The notes under the pieces: model-generated
The model's database searches: none
Seen by the model: the letters and a program-made list of their open reading frames with translations, nothing else
Told to the model about the DNA's origin: nothing
In this document: piece after piece, positions 1-13,639 of the stretch
Layout: each line of letters opens with the position of its first letter
How positions within the stretch are numbered: position 1 is the stretch's first letter
From: Camelus dromedarius
Taxonomy: Eukaryota
DNA: 64,000 bases
NCBI RefSeq assembly: GCF_036321535.1
Contig: NC_087436.1
Span: 97,590,001 to 97,654,000, forward strand
Direction of reading: 5' to 3'
Program-made: the position numbers and the translations under genes

Positions 1-451
1 CATATCCTCCTTCTTTGACTCTCTCTCCTAAAGCCGTCTCCTTTCTGCCTCTGGGGATCACCTCCCCCGTATACCAATCTGTCACCTACAATCCTGTAAC
101 CAAGTGCTTACCTCATGCTAAGCTCTAGGCAGAACACAAATGAAAATGTAATTTAATTGAAATTTATTGAATGTCTCCATATAGCAGGCATACTATACAC
201 TTTATCTCCATTAGACTCAGAAAAATCCTTTATTTTTTCTATGTTCTCAATTTTACAGAAGAAGAAATGAATGATAGAAGAATTGAGTCCAGGTGTCTTA
301 ATCCAATGCCCCCTATCTTTTATTCTTAATCTAAGCCCACAATAACTAGTCAGAATTAGGTGTGTTTTAGGTGATATCCTTGGAAAGAGCATCTCAAAGG
401 TTCTTTTGTATTCCTAGACCTAACTCTGACTTTCAGTCACGTATTGCTCTG

Positions 452-733
452 CAGTCAGAGTCTCCCAACCTTAGCCCCGTTGACATTTTGGGTTGGATCA
501 TTATTTGTTGTGGGAGCCTGTTCTATGAACTGTGGGATGTTTAACAGCACTCCTAGCATGTACTCACTACCTGATTGTAGCACCTTCTCTTCCCTCAAGT
601 TGCAATAAGAAGAAATATCCCCAGATACTGCCAAATTCCCCTGGGTGGAGGGTGAGGGGTGGGGAGTAGGGAGGTGGCTGGAAATCAAAAGTCTCTCCCC
701 CCACGACACACATACGCTGTTTAAAAACCACTG
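452..733 (-). mobile_element. MER20-like hAT-Charlie MITE
   Basis: Matches the MER20 body (gacattttgggttggatcattatttgttgtggg...gatgtttaacagcac...ccagatactgccaaattcccctggg) and ends in the TIR-like aaaaaccactg. A G-rich insert lies near 643-680. Confidence 0.85.
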
Positions 734-832
734 TACTGGACCAAACTCCCAAAGCATAAAGACTGCAAAGACTGCGCCACTCTTTTGTTCTCCAGCATTT
801 TCACAGTGGTTGACACCTAATCATTAAATATA

Positions 833-1020
833 CAGTTAATCCTTGGACAGCAAGGGAGTGAATTAGAATATAACTTACAGTTGGCCTGTATCCACTGTTG
901 CCCGGCATTTGTGGATGCAACTAACCACAGACCATGTAGTGCTGTAATTCTGACTACTGAAAATTAACTGCACCAAGTTCAGCCTGCTGGTTCAAACCTG
1001 TGTTGTTCAAGGGTCAACTG
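833..1020. mobile_element. Tigger2-family non-autonomous TcMar MITE (MER8/Tigger2a-like)
   Basis: TIRs are cagttaatccttggaca... and ...tgttgttcaagggtcaactg (Tigger2 TIR is CAGTTGACCCTTGAACAA). TA lies on the left flank. Confidence 0.85.
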
Positions 1021-2229
1021 TGCACTGCAAACAGAGAAAGAACAAACCTCGTAGAATTAAAAAGAAAATCACTATAAAAGTTTATCATTTATTTAAAGAG
1101 TCAGATACCTATTTAGTAATTTGCAAACTATGTTTTTATGTTAAATTTTGGTTACTAAAATTGTGTAAATGTATTTTTTTCCTCAATTTTAAACAATGAA
1201 TCTCTACAGGAAAAATGCTCAAAAAGAGAATCCTAGGGTGGTTTTTTCTTTCCATTTTCATTTTTTTATTTCAGCTAAAAGCTATGAGTGCTAAACACTC
1301 AAGACAATAAGCATTATTTTCAAAGGACTGCAAATTTGTGTGAGCTCAGAGAAAAGCCTCAAACACTTGTGGTTGTTTATGCCTTGTGCTATTCCCATGT
1401 CTTTCATGAATCTATCTTCTATCAGTTTCTCCTCCTTCCATAAAATATATTTCCACTTATTGAATGGTGTAAATTTTTCAAACACACAGCAATTTTCATG
1501 GCATATATGGAAAAAATGGATAAATCTATAGGAATTTAGGTGTAGTTAAAATTGGACTCATGATTTATGAGGTCTGCAGAATGTCTAACAGCAAGACCCA
1601 TCAGATAACTGCCTCAGGATGACATTTCATCACTTTTTTAATATTTAAAATATAATAGTTTCATCAAATTTATCAACAAGATATGTTTTGATGTTTTCCT
1701 GGTATTTAAGAAGCTCAGTATTCATCTTTGCATTATCATATTGATGTATTTCCTCCAAATTTTCAAAAGCTAGGATTTTATGTCTTCATAAGAATCAATG
1801 GTTTAGATGCTCTGTCATGCTATATTCGAATAAACTAAATTTATTAGAGCTATCTATTAAAATCAATTTGAGCCATGATAATGTTTAAAAGTTTCTTTCT
1901 ATCCCTGGTACCTGCTTCAGCAGAAACCAAATAGAACAAAAATCGGTGGGTTAAACCAGGGATTGTAAATATGTCTTGATAGGAGATTCTAAGTGTATCT
2001 TAATAAGATATAAATACATTTCTACTGCTTAAAAAATGTATATATATATTATATATTATATATATATGTGTGTGTGTGTATTCTTAATACAACTGCTAAG
2101 TTTTAGGTGGGGACTACATTCTTTCCAACATTTATTCAGAGACAGGATAACATAGCATGAATACTTGACTGCAGTTGGCCTCATTCCCGCCTCATATTCA
2201 ACAAAATATAAGACACATGAAAATGTATT

Positions 2230-2316
2230 TTACCTGTTTTGTCCACTGGTGTATCCCAAGGAACTAGAAGAGTTCCTGACATATTACAGAAACTTCAAGA
2301 TTTCATGAATGAATGA
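2230..2316 (+). mobile_element. L2 3' end fragment
   Basis: ctgttttgtccactggtgtatcccaagg...ctagaagagttcctgacata...atgaatgaatga tail. Confidence 0.7.
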
Positions 2317-2343
2317 GAGTATAAATAAATGCAGTTCTTAACC

Positions 2344-2852
2344 TGCATGGTAGCTTTCTATTCCTGCTATATCAAATTATCACAATTTTAGTGGCTTAAA
2401 ACAACACAAATTTATTATCAGACAGTTCTGGAGATCAGATGTCTGGCATGGGTCTCCATGGGTTAAAATCAATGTCCTAGCAGGGCAACATTGCTCCTGG
2501 AGGCTGGAGGGGAAAATCCATATTTGAGGTTTTTCCAGCTTATAGAGGCTGCCTGCATGCCTTGGCTCATGGCCACCTTCCATGTTCTAAACTAGGAATG
2601 GCTGGTTAACTCTCACGTGGCATCACTCTGACACTGACTTTTCTTCTGCCTCCTGCTGCTTGTAAGGATCCTTGTGATTATACTGAGTCCCCCTGAATAA
2701 TCCAGGATCTTCTCCGTATCTTAAAGTCAGCCTATTAGCCCCATCAATTCTGTACGATATCAAGTCTCCCCCTTGTCACCTGTGTAATATTTGTTTACTG
2801 GTTCCAGGGAGTAGAACATGGGTATCTGCAGGTAGTAATCCTGCCTATGATA
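2344..2852 (-). mobile_element. MLT1D-like MaLR solo LTR
   Basis: Contains the diagnostic agtggcttaaaacaacacaaatttattatc...cagttctggag, ccttggctcatggcc and taaggatccttgtgattata...ataatccaggat. Confidence 0.9.
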
Positions 2853-3052
2853 ACTTAGCACTCAACAAGTATGAAATATTAGGTAAATCATTTAACCATA
2901 TTGTACTATATTTATTCAACTGAATCATGTAACCATATCAATAAAATGTAGATAATAAGAGTACTTACTTACTGATGTTATGTTAAATTATGTGAAGTTC
3001 TTAGAGTAGTATCTAGCACATCGTAGCTCACAGTAAATGTAGTTCTTATTAT
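2853..3052 (+). mobile_element. MIR SINE (core and 3' tail)
   Basis: Degenerate core (aggtaaatcatttaacc...aaaatgtagataataag) and tail (cttagagtagtatctagcacatcgtagctca). Confidence 0.65.
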
Positions 3053-4089
3053 AATTGTGTCCTTTTGAAGCTAAAATTTTGTATTTAATAATTTAGTTCC
3101 ATTCTTGCTTAAAGGAGGATGGATTGATGTCATCTGCCTAAGGTTCTTCGAATACTTAATGATATTCGGTTTTGAAAATGGAGAAGGTGAATGCAGCTTC
3201 AAGATCCTAGCCTCAAAAGGAAGATCTTCCTGGCTTTATGTGTTGGAGAAAATCATCTAAAGATATTATCACAAAAGGTGAACATGTTTGCAGGGTAGAT
3301 GAAGTAGTGAAACTTAATCTTAAATATGTATATATAGATATGTAAAATGCAAACATACAAAAACTGGATAATCTTCAAAAATGGAAAGTCTTGGGGCCCT
3401 CCTCTGAATGTTCCTCAAGCAACAGGTGTAAAGGTGGGATAGGAGGAATTAATTAGGTTAAACAAGGGACCATCACTCAGATCAATGCCATAGCATAATG
3501 TGAGGAATTACTTATCCGTGAAGAATGAATGTTTAGATACTTGAATTAATCTTTTGGCCTCTCAGCTAATTCAACCAAACTATCTCTGCCTCTTCCTTGG
3601 GGAAAAGTGAGGTATACTAATGACAGCTATTTGTTCATGCGCGTAAGGATCTCAGGCTGACTGGGTAGCAAAGGGGCAAAGCTGCAAACACTATTTGCTC
3701 AGGATGCACCTAATTTTATGCAATTTAATTAATTCAATAAAAATTAAATAATTCTTAGTATTTGCTAATGTAATTTGAAGTATGGGTCTATAAGTTCTCT
3801 AAGAATCCTGTGAAATCTAAGATTCAGTGCTCTAATTGCTTTGTTCCATTGCTCCTGAAAAAAAAATTTACTTTCAGACTGTATTTGTATCACAGACCGT
3901 TGTCCACTTGTAAAAATATATTCATCTTCAAAATAAAATTTTGTTTTTTGACAAAGAAATTAAACTTAAGGAAAAAATTGCTGTTAAAATATAAAATCTT
4001 TCTAGGTTATTTTTCAACTTTTTTCTAGCTGTTCTATTGCAAATAAAACTCTAGCATTACTTTTCCCTTAAAATGAGAGAGAATTCTTT

Positions 4090-4230
4090 TTCCAACACAA
4101 CTTGTGTAAATTTTGGTAATGCATTTAATTCCACCAGGTCTCATTTTTCTCGTTTGTTAGAAATGGGCATATTATTACCTGTCTTCCTCTATTATCATTG
4201 TAAAAATCAAATGAAATGATAGGTGACCAA
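4090..4230 (+). mobile_element. MIR fragment
   Basis: CORE-like gtctcatttttctcgtttgttagaaatggg...aatcaaatgaaatgata. Confidence 0.6.
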
Positions 4231-5014
4231 AAAAAACTCTTTTGGACTAAAAAGTTTTTATATATGAAGCATATCATTTAGAATTTCAGCCTTTCTCTTG
4301 AGCTGCTTTAGCCCTGGGAGTTAACTGTCCATTTAAGCCTCTTGGACAGGATAGCTTGGCAGCTGTGTGTGGTCGGGAGCTTGGAGTTGTGCATACGGGT
4401 GGCAATGAGTCATCAGATATGAAGGAATTTAATGTGTAAAATATAGCTTTTTTATTTTTTGTTATGATATTGTAGGATTATTTTGAATCTTCTGCAAGGA
4501 ATAAGTGGGTAGAAAGAAAACAAAACAAAAATCAGAAACAAAACCAGTAACTGGAAGCAGACTTTCCCTCAATGTCCTATTCCTACTACTTCCCTACTAT
4601 CACCACCACCACCACCACCACACACAGCAACAATAACAATTTTTGTTATGCCAGAAAGTTTTCAAAAGCTTCATAATAAATTGCCATGAACAAATGCAGT
4701 GAATTTTCCATTTCCGTAGGTCACCTCTACTATTATGTACTTAGTATATTTTTTAAAAGTTCACGTAGACTTCCTACTTACTTTACTTAGTTACTTTAGC
4801 CTACTTTTTTTTTTCCTACTAACTTTAGCCTCCTGTTGAAAATTATTACCCTTGACAGAATGGGTATGGTATGGCTAGTCATATTGTTTCCTAATCCTGA
4901 TTAATATAAAACAAATATGAAAATTTTAGAAGGTTATTAATATGTCTTCTAAAATAATCTCTTGCTCCACCGTTGGTTTGCTAGCTACACTTTGGGAAGG
5001 ACTAGATGCATTTC

Positions 5015-5100
5015 TATACCTATTTTACAGATGTTGAGACTAGAGACTTACAGAGGTCAAATAACATGTCCAAAGGCGCACAGTGTGTCAGAGGTAGAGC
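5015..5100 (-). mobile_element. MIR fragment
   Basis: cctattttacagatgttgagac...cagaggtcaaataacatgtccaaaggcgcacag. Confidence 0.75.
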
Positions 5101-6546
5101 TTCATATTAGTGTAAAATTCATAACCTAGTAACCTGCAAGTTCCTGTCCCTTGGTATGCTAGCCCAAACTCATACCATCTCACCATCCTTTGGGGATTTT
5201 TCAGAGCAGCTTCTTGTCCTGAGAAAAAGACAGGGCCAGATGTCCACTTAAGCATTTATAAACTTTAACAAGCCAAACAAGAAAGTTGTGTTGTTTGTCC
5301 TTGGATTGTGCATTTTATTTCTCATATATCAAGTTATGCGTTTGTTTGAGAGCATCGTGACATTTATTAATTATCCAAGCTGAATTCTCATTTTCAGTAA
5401 ATGGCACCTAACACAGTGGGACCATGTCAAACAGGAGTCTTGACTGGGGAACAAATGTCAGTGTAGTGAGGAGCCTGCTGAGTGTTTAATAACTACAAAT
5501 GAAGTGCACTGTTAGTGTTATAAAGCATCGTTCCATCACCCAGTAGGTTTCCTTTGTAAGTAAAGATAAAATGACTTGGACAGTCTGTACCGAATGCATC
5601 AGCTTTAACTGTGAAAGTACCAGGCAAGACAAGATTTCTTCTAACAGAATGGATGCTGGAGAAGAAAGAAGAACAAAAGAGTCATTATCTAATAAGAAGT
5701 GAAATATGTAATTTCAATTTTGTCAATGAATGCACAATACCATGGTTTTGGGAAATGAGCTTTGGGAAATGACCGTAAGCTATTTTTGAACCCTACTCAT
5801 TCTCTGGATGTGGTGGACTTAAGGAGTGTGAGGGATGTGCACATATACTATAAAGTTATTTGTGCATTATAACACTGAGGGACACAATGAGACACATTAC
5901 AACTAATTCTAAAGAAAAGAATCAATGATTTTAATGTGCCCGTGGGTCTCCCAAAGACAGAGACTATGAATAAAGTGGGCACGCTGTACATAAAGGAAAC
6001 ATGACATATTGTCACCATGGCAAGAGGTCTTTCTTTCAGCAAAAAATCTAGTGTTTTTGACATTATCCTGAATTATGGCTCAAAAAAAAAATGACAGTCC
6101 TTGGAAAGAATGGTGGACAAATAGGAAAAAGCTGGATTGAACATGGAAATTTCATGAACATTTTATTAAACATAGCTTATGAACTATTTGTTTAGTGAAT
6201 ATCATCTTCAATTCTTGCAACAATCCTTTGAAATAGTGTCATAACATATTTAAAGATGGTAAAACTGATGCTTGGCAGATTTAAGGAAAGTCAGGTTCAG
6301 TCAGAACAAGGGAGAGCAAATCCATGATCCTGCCATGACACTACCGTGGCTCCACTGTACAGTCTTCAAGAGGAATATGGGTCAGTATGAGCTCAAGTGG
6401 TCTGTTAGTGGAGGCTATATTGACCCTGGCCAGAAGACATTAAAAATGGAGTCTATTTTGTGCACATGACCACATATGCTTGGAGACTTTTTATGGTATC
6501 ATTAAAACAAAAAAGATTCAGAGCAGCCAAAGCTGAGGGAGTTTGG

Positions 6547-6588
6547 ATAGAGAGAGAGAGAGAGAGACAGAGAGAGAGAGAGAGACAG
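6547..6588. repeat. (GA)n microsatellite, interrupted
   Basis: Directly visible. Confidence 0.95.
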
Positions 6589-8721
6589 AATATTTTGCAA
6601 TGAACGCATCAGAAATGTCATTGGTCAGCTGGCACTGTTGCGATTCTGAAAGTCCCATAATTTGAGCGTCTCTCAATCCCCCATTCTTCTGCCTCAGATG
6701 GTAAATCATCTTTCCTAAGATGCTTGATCCTCTTCAGAAATTTATACTCATCACACCTATTCTCTTATTCATGTTAGGGACATGAAAGCTTACATAGAGT
6801 TGAGAAATCAGCAGGTTTGGGTTTGAATTCTCTTTTTTCTCCTGCTTGCTGAGTAAGCTGCACAATGCACCTGAATGAACTTCAATGATTTTACTTTAAC
6901 AACGAAGATATAACCACTTCTCAAGAGATGGCTCTGAGCACTAGAGAAAGCAATGCACCTTTGCCCGGATGATAAGTAAGTAGTACATGTTGACCATTGC
7001 ATGGGATTTACAGAGCTTTTTCTTCTGGTACCAGCAGAATTGTGCTGTTCTATTAGTTATTTCTCTATTAATTATTCTATTAGCTCTGTTGTTTATTTTC
7101 AATGCAGGTGAGAGTAAGAGAGGAGTTTCTTCTCTTACAGCTGAAATAATTTGCAAGTTATATTGGTTCATTTCGAGCTCATGATAGATTTTACTGTCTT
7201 AAAAAAAAACACAAAACAAACAACAAAACAAAAAAGCAAGAACAACATATAAATACCCTTACTTCACTTAAGCAGGAGATGCTGGTCCCAGGGAAAAAAA
7301 ATGCTTGACGACAAGGGGTAACTTTATGCAATTTTTGCAAAAACATGTGCGGCACCAAAATCTGCTTTTCTCATTTATTCTTGCACAAATGTCCAATTTC
7401 TATGTCCTTTCAAAATTATTAAGACTTTATTTTTAAATAAAGAAGAATCTTTTGTGGATGAAAATGTTAGGAAATAAAACAATACACATTTTTGTCTGCC
7501 CTCAAACCTAATAATGCAGTGACTCTAATTAATACAATTCATTTAAGAAAATGTCTCTAAGAATTCTGAGTAATGAGAAAATGCTACTTTTCAGGAGTCT
7601 TCCATCTGAGTCATAAGATAGTACTCTTTGCTTAAAATAGCTCAAAAGTGCCTAGAATCTTGGTAAGCATCTACTATGACTCTACTGTTTATACTTAAGG
7701 AGATGGTGGTAGGTTGGCCATTATCTTTCCTGATGAATCTATACCAGTATAAGTACATCAGGCTATCTTCTGAAATTAGCTCTACAAACAAACAAATCCA
7801 AAATAACAGTGTTCTGTTAACATTGTGGCTGAATACAAATTCATATCTTTCTTTGTCACCAATTCTAGGAACCAATTATTAGCATTAATGTCTATGCTGT
7901 TTTTACATATTTTGACATCAGCTTATTAGAATAAGAAGGAAAATGGGGTCCAAGTAATTTAAAACCAAGAATAGCTTAGCTGTCTTGTCAAATTTCCAAA
8001 AGTGAACACTTTACCTTTTAAATGACTATTAAACAGTAGCTGAAGTTCCTTCAAATTTTTTTAAGAACAGTGCTATAATTTGTTACAGTTAGCATCTTCT
8101 GGATACTTTTGTTCATCACAGCACCACTGTAATTTGTCAGTATGTACTATTTAGAGGCTTGAGGAACATGGCATATCTCCTTTAACTGCTGAATATATAG
8201 AAATAATAATTAATATTAAAATGATTATTATTTATTCATAATTACTCATACTTTACTTATATTGATATATTTTCAAAAGGGAAATTGAAAAGAAAGAAAA
8301 TGCAACAAGAAAGCTGGAGAGATGTTTGATATTGTTGATTTTAATTAATGATTCACAGAGTTTCATTTTTAATGTCAAAATGTGTATCACATACCTACTG
8401 TGATGTGTTTCATATGTATCTTTTGTTAACAAAAAAGCAAGCAGAGCAGGGGCAAAGTAAAATTGGAAAGAAGACAAAGTTTGTGTTTCCTAAACTTTGT
8501 CAACCTTCCTTAAATCCAGGTTGGGGGATGTATCAGTATTTCAAATTGCATTCAGCTTTGTATGGAGATTAAAAGGATGACACATTTTTAAGTGTGAAGT
8601 ATTTTGATGCTGATTTAATTATTCCAAATAAGGGAGTTACTATTTTCAATAATGAAAGTAAATGAAATTTCATTGAACTGGTTTCTCCAACCAAGAATAT
8701 CATTTTCTTTATTAATAAACA

Positions 8722-8955
8722 TTTGCTGGAGTATATAAAATCTTAAAAAGCTGAATTCATAGAAAGCAAGAGTAGAATGGTGGCTGCCAGTGGCTGTGGG
8801 ATGGGGAAGATGGGGAGATATTGGTTAAAGGGTACAAATGTCCAGCTCTAAGATGAGTAAGTTCTTGAGATCTAATATATAGCATGGCCACTATAGTTTC
8901 AAGTATGCATTATATTCTTGAAAATTGCTAAGACAGTAGATTGTAAATATTCTCA

Positions 8956-9004
<49 letters not shown>

Positions 9005-9078
9005 CTGAAGTGATGGATGCCTTTTACCTTATTGTGGTAAACATTTCACAGTACATACATTTATTCATATACACTTTA
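8722..9078 (+). mobile_element. L1MA-type 3' UTR fragment (L1MA8/9-like)
   Basis: gaattcatagaaagcaagagtagaatggtggctgccag...aaagggtacaaa...aaaattgctaagacagtagat...ttctcaccacacac. Confidence 0.85.
8957..9001. repeat. (CA)22 perfect microsatellite inside the L1 3' UTR
   Basis: Directly visible. Confidence 0.97.
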
Positions 9079-10704
9079 AGGTAAGTTTTACATGTTACTT
9101 TATTCTTCACAATAACTGATGGTGATGTTATCACCATTTTGTAGGTTAAAGAACTGACACTCAGGGGTACAGAGCTCCTAAATAGAAAACAGGACAATTA
9201 CTCGAGTCTTTTATTATGAAACAGCAAACTGAGGAATCTGGGGGAAGGCAAGGGAGAGAGACTTGTAGGGGAAGAAATGAGAGTAGAAAAGTTTTCATTA
9301 TATGGTTGAAACACATTGAATGGCCAGAAGAGCCGAGTCATAGTGGTTGTTCAGTCACCAGCTCTATAATTCCTGACCCTTCAGCCTTGTACAGTGTTGC
9401 ATCTAAATGCAGAGGCAGCCACAAGGTTCAGAGAAAACCCTGAAACTGTGAATATCAATATATTTTTTAAATTTATTTTTTGCTACTTTAAATTTAAGTC
9501 ATGTCTCACATAAGTAAAGAATTAAATAAAACCTCAGGATATATTCCATTATGCCTTCATATATCCTTTTTGAAGTTGTAAGGCATGTAAGATTTTCTGA
9601 AGACTTAAAATTGACACCAGATGTACATGTCTCAGTTTTATAGAAGATAAAAATATTTTTTAAAATCGCTTTTATGAAATAGTCATATCCAAAATTTACC
9701 TTTATTGCTTCTGCTGTTACATATCAGTTCCATGGGCATGAGAAGAAAGCCTGATAAATATGGTTTTGTCTGTGCCTTTCTCAGACACACTAATCCCATG
9801 GACACATTTCCCAGCTCTGATTTTTCCCTAGTAATAATGCTTTGCTGTATTTTCATAGGAAAGCAGGAGAATGCAGGAAATATTTGGGATATTTAACCTG
9901 GTTCATTGTGTAGCACTCTGTCACAGGTAATTTTTTACCAGGTATATACATTTACTGTTGTTGGATGCATATTGAGTATATTCATTCATCTGTTATCTTG
10001 CAGTGCATATATTCTTGGGATATTTTTACTTAGAATAGACAACATACATTGCAATATAAGGTATAATAATGAAAAAAGGTATAATAAGGTGGTTTTGTGC
10101 ACATATATATTAAAATTTAGGAACTCATTATCACTATCCAGTGTTCAAAAATCTTGGCTGTAGAAATAAAGAGGAAGGAATATAGTATTTGAGATGGATG
10201 GCTGCAAGTAAAGGCATCAAACCATATAAATCCACAAGCCAATGGAGAAGAATGAAATGTGTAAAAGAGAAATGGGATTTGGTTCAAATATAACAAATTA
10301 CAGATGTCATCAACAAATATAAAATTTATTAACCCACATTGTTCTTCTCGCCATTGTGTGTTTACAGTGGGTGACTATTTGGCTATGAATTCTGATCAAG
10401 AGTCATGGTGACTCTCCATTTAGTGGTCACATTGAATATGTGACATGGATTAAAAATTTTTTCATCAAAGGATAAGAATCCATTGGCAAAATAATGGAAT
10501 CAAATGGTAATCCTCTTGGGGCTACACTGGAATTTGAACTGTGGTCACTTGCCCCTCTTTAAGGATGTGACCTGAATGATATTCTTACTGTGCTGTTTGT
10601 TCTACTCAAGTTAAACTACTAAATATATGGTTGACAGTTCAGCTTTTTCAATGAAATCTGTGATTTGGTTCCACTTTATCACCGCTGTTTATGAAAAAGC
10701 AATC

Positions 10705-10863
10705 AGACAAGAAAGAAGGGAGGAAGGGAGGAATAAAAAATGGAAGGAAAAGAGGAAATTAGAAAATGAGTAAAGACAGAAATAAGTGAAGAAGAAAATC
10801 AGAAAGTAGGAATAAAGAAGAGTAGGGAGAAGTAGAGGGAAGAAAAGGAAAGGAAATGAAAAA
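10705..10863 (+). repeat. Purine (GA)-rich low-complexity tract
   Basis: About 160 bp, almost all A/G. Confidence 0.85.
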
Positions 10864-11849
10864 GTACAATTCCTACCTTATTAGTTTTTCATTGATCTTT
10901 ATGTTACATAAATTGCATTTGGTTATTATGTGCTTTCCTAGACTTGTTGATACTCCTTGTATTTGTTACTTATTGTTTATTTTTATATTATTTTATATTC
11001 TCCTTATAACATTTTTCTGCTAACTAATAAATGACAGATTAATTGGATACAGAGGGAAAGAATTTTAAGCACTTCGATTCTTCAGATACTCCTGAAGAAC
11101 TGACCAACCAATCCTGAATGGACCCTGTGTTTGTTTCAAGGCTGACACTTTTGGTTTCCAACTCTAAACTCTTCACACAGAGAAAAGCCATTATTAGAGC
11201 AACTATATTTTTTAGTAAATCATTGGTTCAAGTTTAATTTGACATGTGGATATATCTTGGGATACCATGACTGTTATAATTGTTTATAAATAAATAAATT
11301 TCACATTAAAATGTTTTAACTGAATATGTGATTTTTAGTATTTTGAGAAATCATGAAATAGCTTATTAATGGAAGATGAAGGTGGTAACTGCAGGCTTCT
11401 GATCTATTGATTTACAAAAATACATAGTTATATGAGTTATTAGATCAAGTGCATATTTATGGATAATAATCCAACACATAAGACCAGAAGTATGAATAGT
11501 GGCTTTCATTAGTATATGCTTTTTTGTAAAAATTTAATTCCTTTTTCATGTTGTCTTCTAAGATAACAGAATAACACAATTACCACAAACTATTTTCATG
11601 AGTAGTGCTTACTGGCTATTAAGATACTACATATATAAATGCTACACACTAGCACCATACATAATTCATTACTCAGCTCGGCTTTTATCACAATCCAACT
11701 TCACTCAGAAATAATGAAGCTTCATCATCAGTAAATCATCCAATTGTCTTCTAATGACAACGGATTTTATTCCTGCTTTTCATATAAATCCTTCTAACAT
11801 CCTCCTATGATGATGATGGTCTGTTTTGTTGGTCTAAATGCTTTCACCC

Positions 11850-12377
11850 TCAGTCATAGTTATCTAATGTTGAATAATAAATCACCCCAAACTGGGGTGG
11901 TTTGGTTTAAAGCCATAATTATCAATTACTTGATGATTCTGTGGGTTTGTGGTGTGGGCACAACTCAGTATGGACATGTAATTTCTGCTCCACGTCCTGT
12001 CAGCTGGGCTCACTCAGGTTTTGTAGTCTCTGGGTGTGATAGTGGGAGCTGCGTCATCTCTGGAGGCCTCACTCACTTGGGTGGGGCCTTAGCTCCCACT
12101 GGCAAAGCTGTGACAGCTGAGCCTCTCTCTCTGCACAGTGTCTCTCCGTGAGATCTGTCACCCTGGAGGATCCTATCCTGAGCCTCTGTACGGGTAGTAA
12201 TGCTTGGAGAGAACAGAAGCTACAAGATCTCTTAAGTCTTGGATACTGAAATTACACAAACTTCTTCAGACACCATCTCGTGGTCACAGCGAGTCACAAT
12301 AAGAGCCGCCCATGCTGGGGAAATAGATTCCGCTTCATTATGGGAGAAAACTTTGTGGGCATATTTAACCTACAACA
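11850..12377 (-). mobile_element. MLT1H-like MaLR LTR
   Basis: aaatcaccccaaact..., gattctgtgggt, tctgctccacgt...cagctgggctcactca, gaagctacaagatctcttaag, ggggaaatagattccgcttc; ends ...cctacaaca. Confidence 0.8.
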
Positions 12378-12559
12378 CTGTTAATTTTTAAACCATTCTT
12401 TATTTGAAATAATGCCATGTGTTTCCCTCCCACATGATTTATTCCAAGTCTCCATTCCCAAATGCAAATCTTTTCTCAATGATAATTTTTCTAGGTTTCA
12501 GGAAAGAGAAAAAATATCAGCATGTTTATGTAAGTATAAGGGGAGGTAAGTGGAATGCT

Positions 12560-12800
12560 TTTTCAGGTTAGAAGGCCTAGATTAAAAGCTTGGTTCCATC
12601 TCTTATTAGCCATGTGATTAACATCAAAACGTACAATTTCTCTGAGTCTTGCTTTCCATAATTATTCTATTAATAAAATGGACGTAAGATGTAAGACTTG
12701 CACCTGGGTTACAGAATATATAAGGCAGTTAAGAAACACAGATAATGCATAAGAAAGAAGTCTGAGTGCACAAAGTGTTATGAAAGTATAGTCACTTTAT
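12560..12800 (+). mobile_element. MIR SINE
   Basis: cttggttccatctcttattagccatgtga...tttctctgagtcttg...taaaatgga. Confidence 0.65.
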
Positions 12801-13214
12801 TCTCATAAAGTTTCAGTTTGCACCATGCACTTCACAGGGAATTTGAAATAAACACACCATATGCATCTACTGTGTCTCACTGCCTCTATAGTTCTTTTTA
12901 TGGAAGTGATGTTATGTTGTAATTGATGTCAATTTTCTCCTAGGCCTGTATTCAGAAAATTTCTACTCAACAAACCCCAGAAAAGCCTATCAACAGTTTG
13001 GACCAGAATTCTTGTAAGGATTTTGGTCCTCTGTTGTAGAACAGAAGATTTAGTCTGAGACCTACTATGATCATATATTTTAATGACCTTTTGTATTTAT
13101 TTTGTTGATGGATGATGGATTTGCTGATTTAATGGCAACATTCTCCTTGTATATTTCTCTTAACTCGGTAGACATTACTACCTTTCTCTTACTTCTATCT
13201 CCCTGTTATGGTAC

Positions 13215-13630
13215 TCTGAGTTTAATCATGAGCTTTTAAATTATTTTGTCCCTGTAAATACACTGACAGATTATTATCATTTTCATGAGTGGGGATGGAG
13301 CTATGTATTTTTTCTGTGACACTGGCTGGAATAAAGTGGTTATTGTCTATTTTCTGTCTAGGTAGGCTGCTCCTTTCCTGGTCCTTTGGCTTTAGAAGGA
13401 AGGCTTTTCTTTGGGGATGCTTTTGTCTATGTCTGTTAGATAGTTCCACATTGCTGACATCTTCAGTCTCACATCTGAGGTAGGTGAGGCGAAGAGAAAT
13501 CCCAGGGAACTCTTCACTGTGTTCTTCCTTTGCTTTTGAGGTCCTAATAGGGCTTTCTACTTCTCTAGCTTTCCAACTCTTCATATGTTTGCCTGATATG
13601 TAATAATATCAAGTATCTACCTAATGGGAG
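13215..13630 (-). mobile_element. Old L1M (L1MC/MD-type) 5' end fragment
   Basis: ggctgctcctttcctggtcctttggct...ggcttttctttgggg...aatcccagggaactc resembles ancestral L1M 5' UTRs. Confidence 0.7.
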
Positions 13631-13639
13631 TTGTAAAGA

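Noticed and set aside
10399..10444. Two adjacent 7-bp stem hairpins
   Set aside because: Too short to exceed chance expectation in 64 kb.
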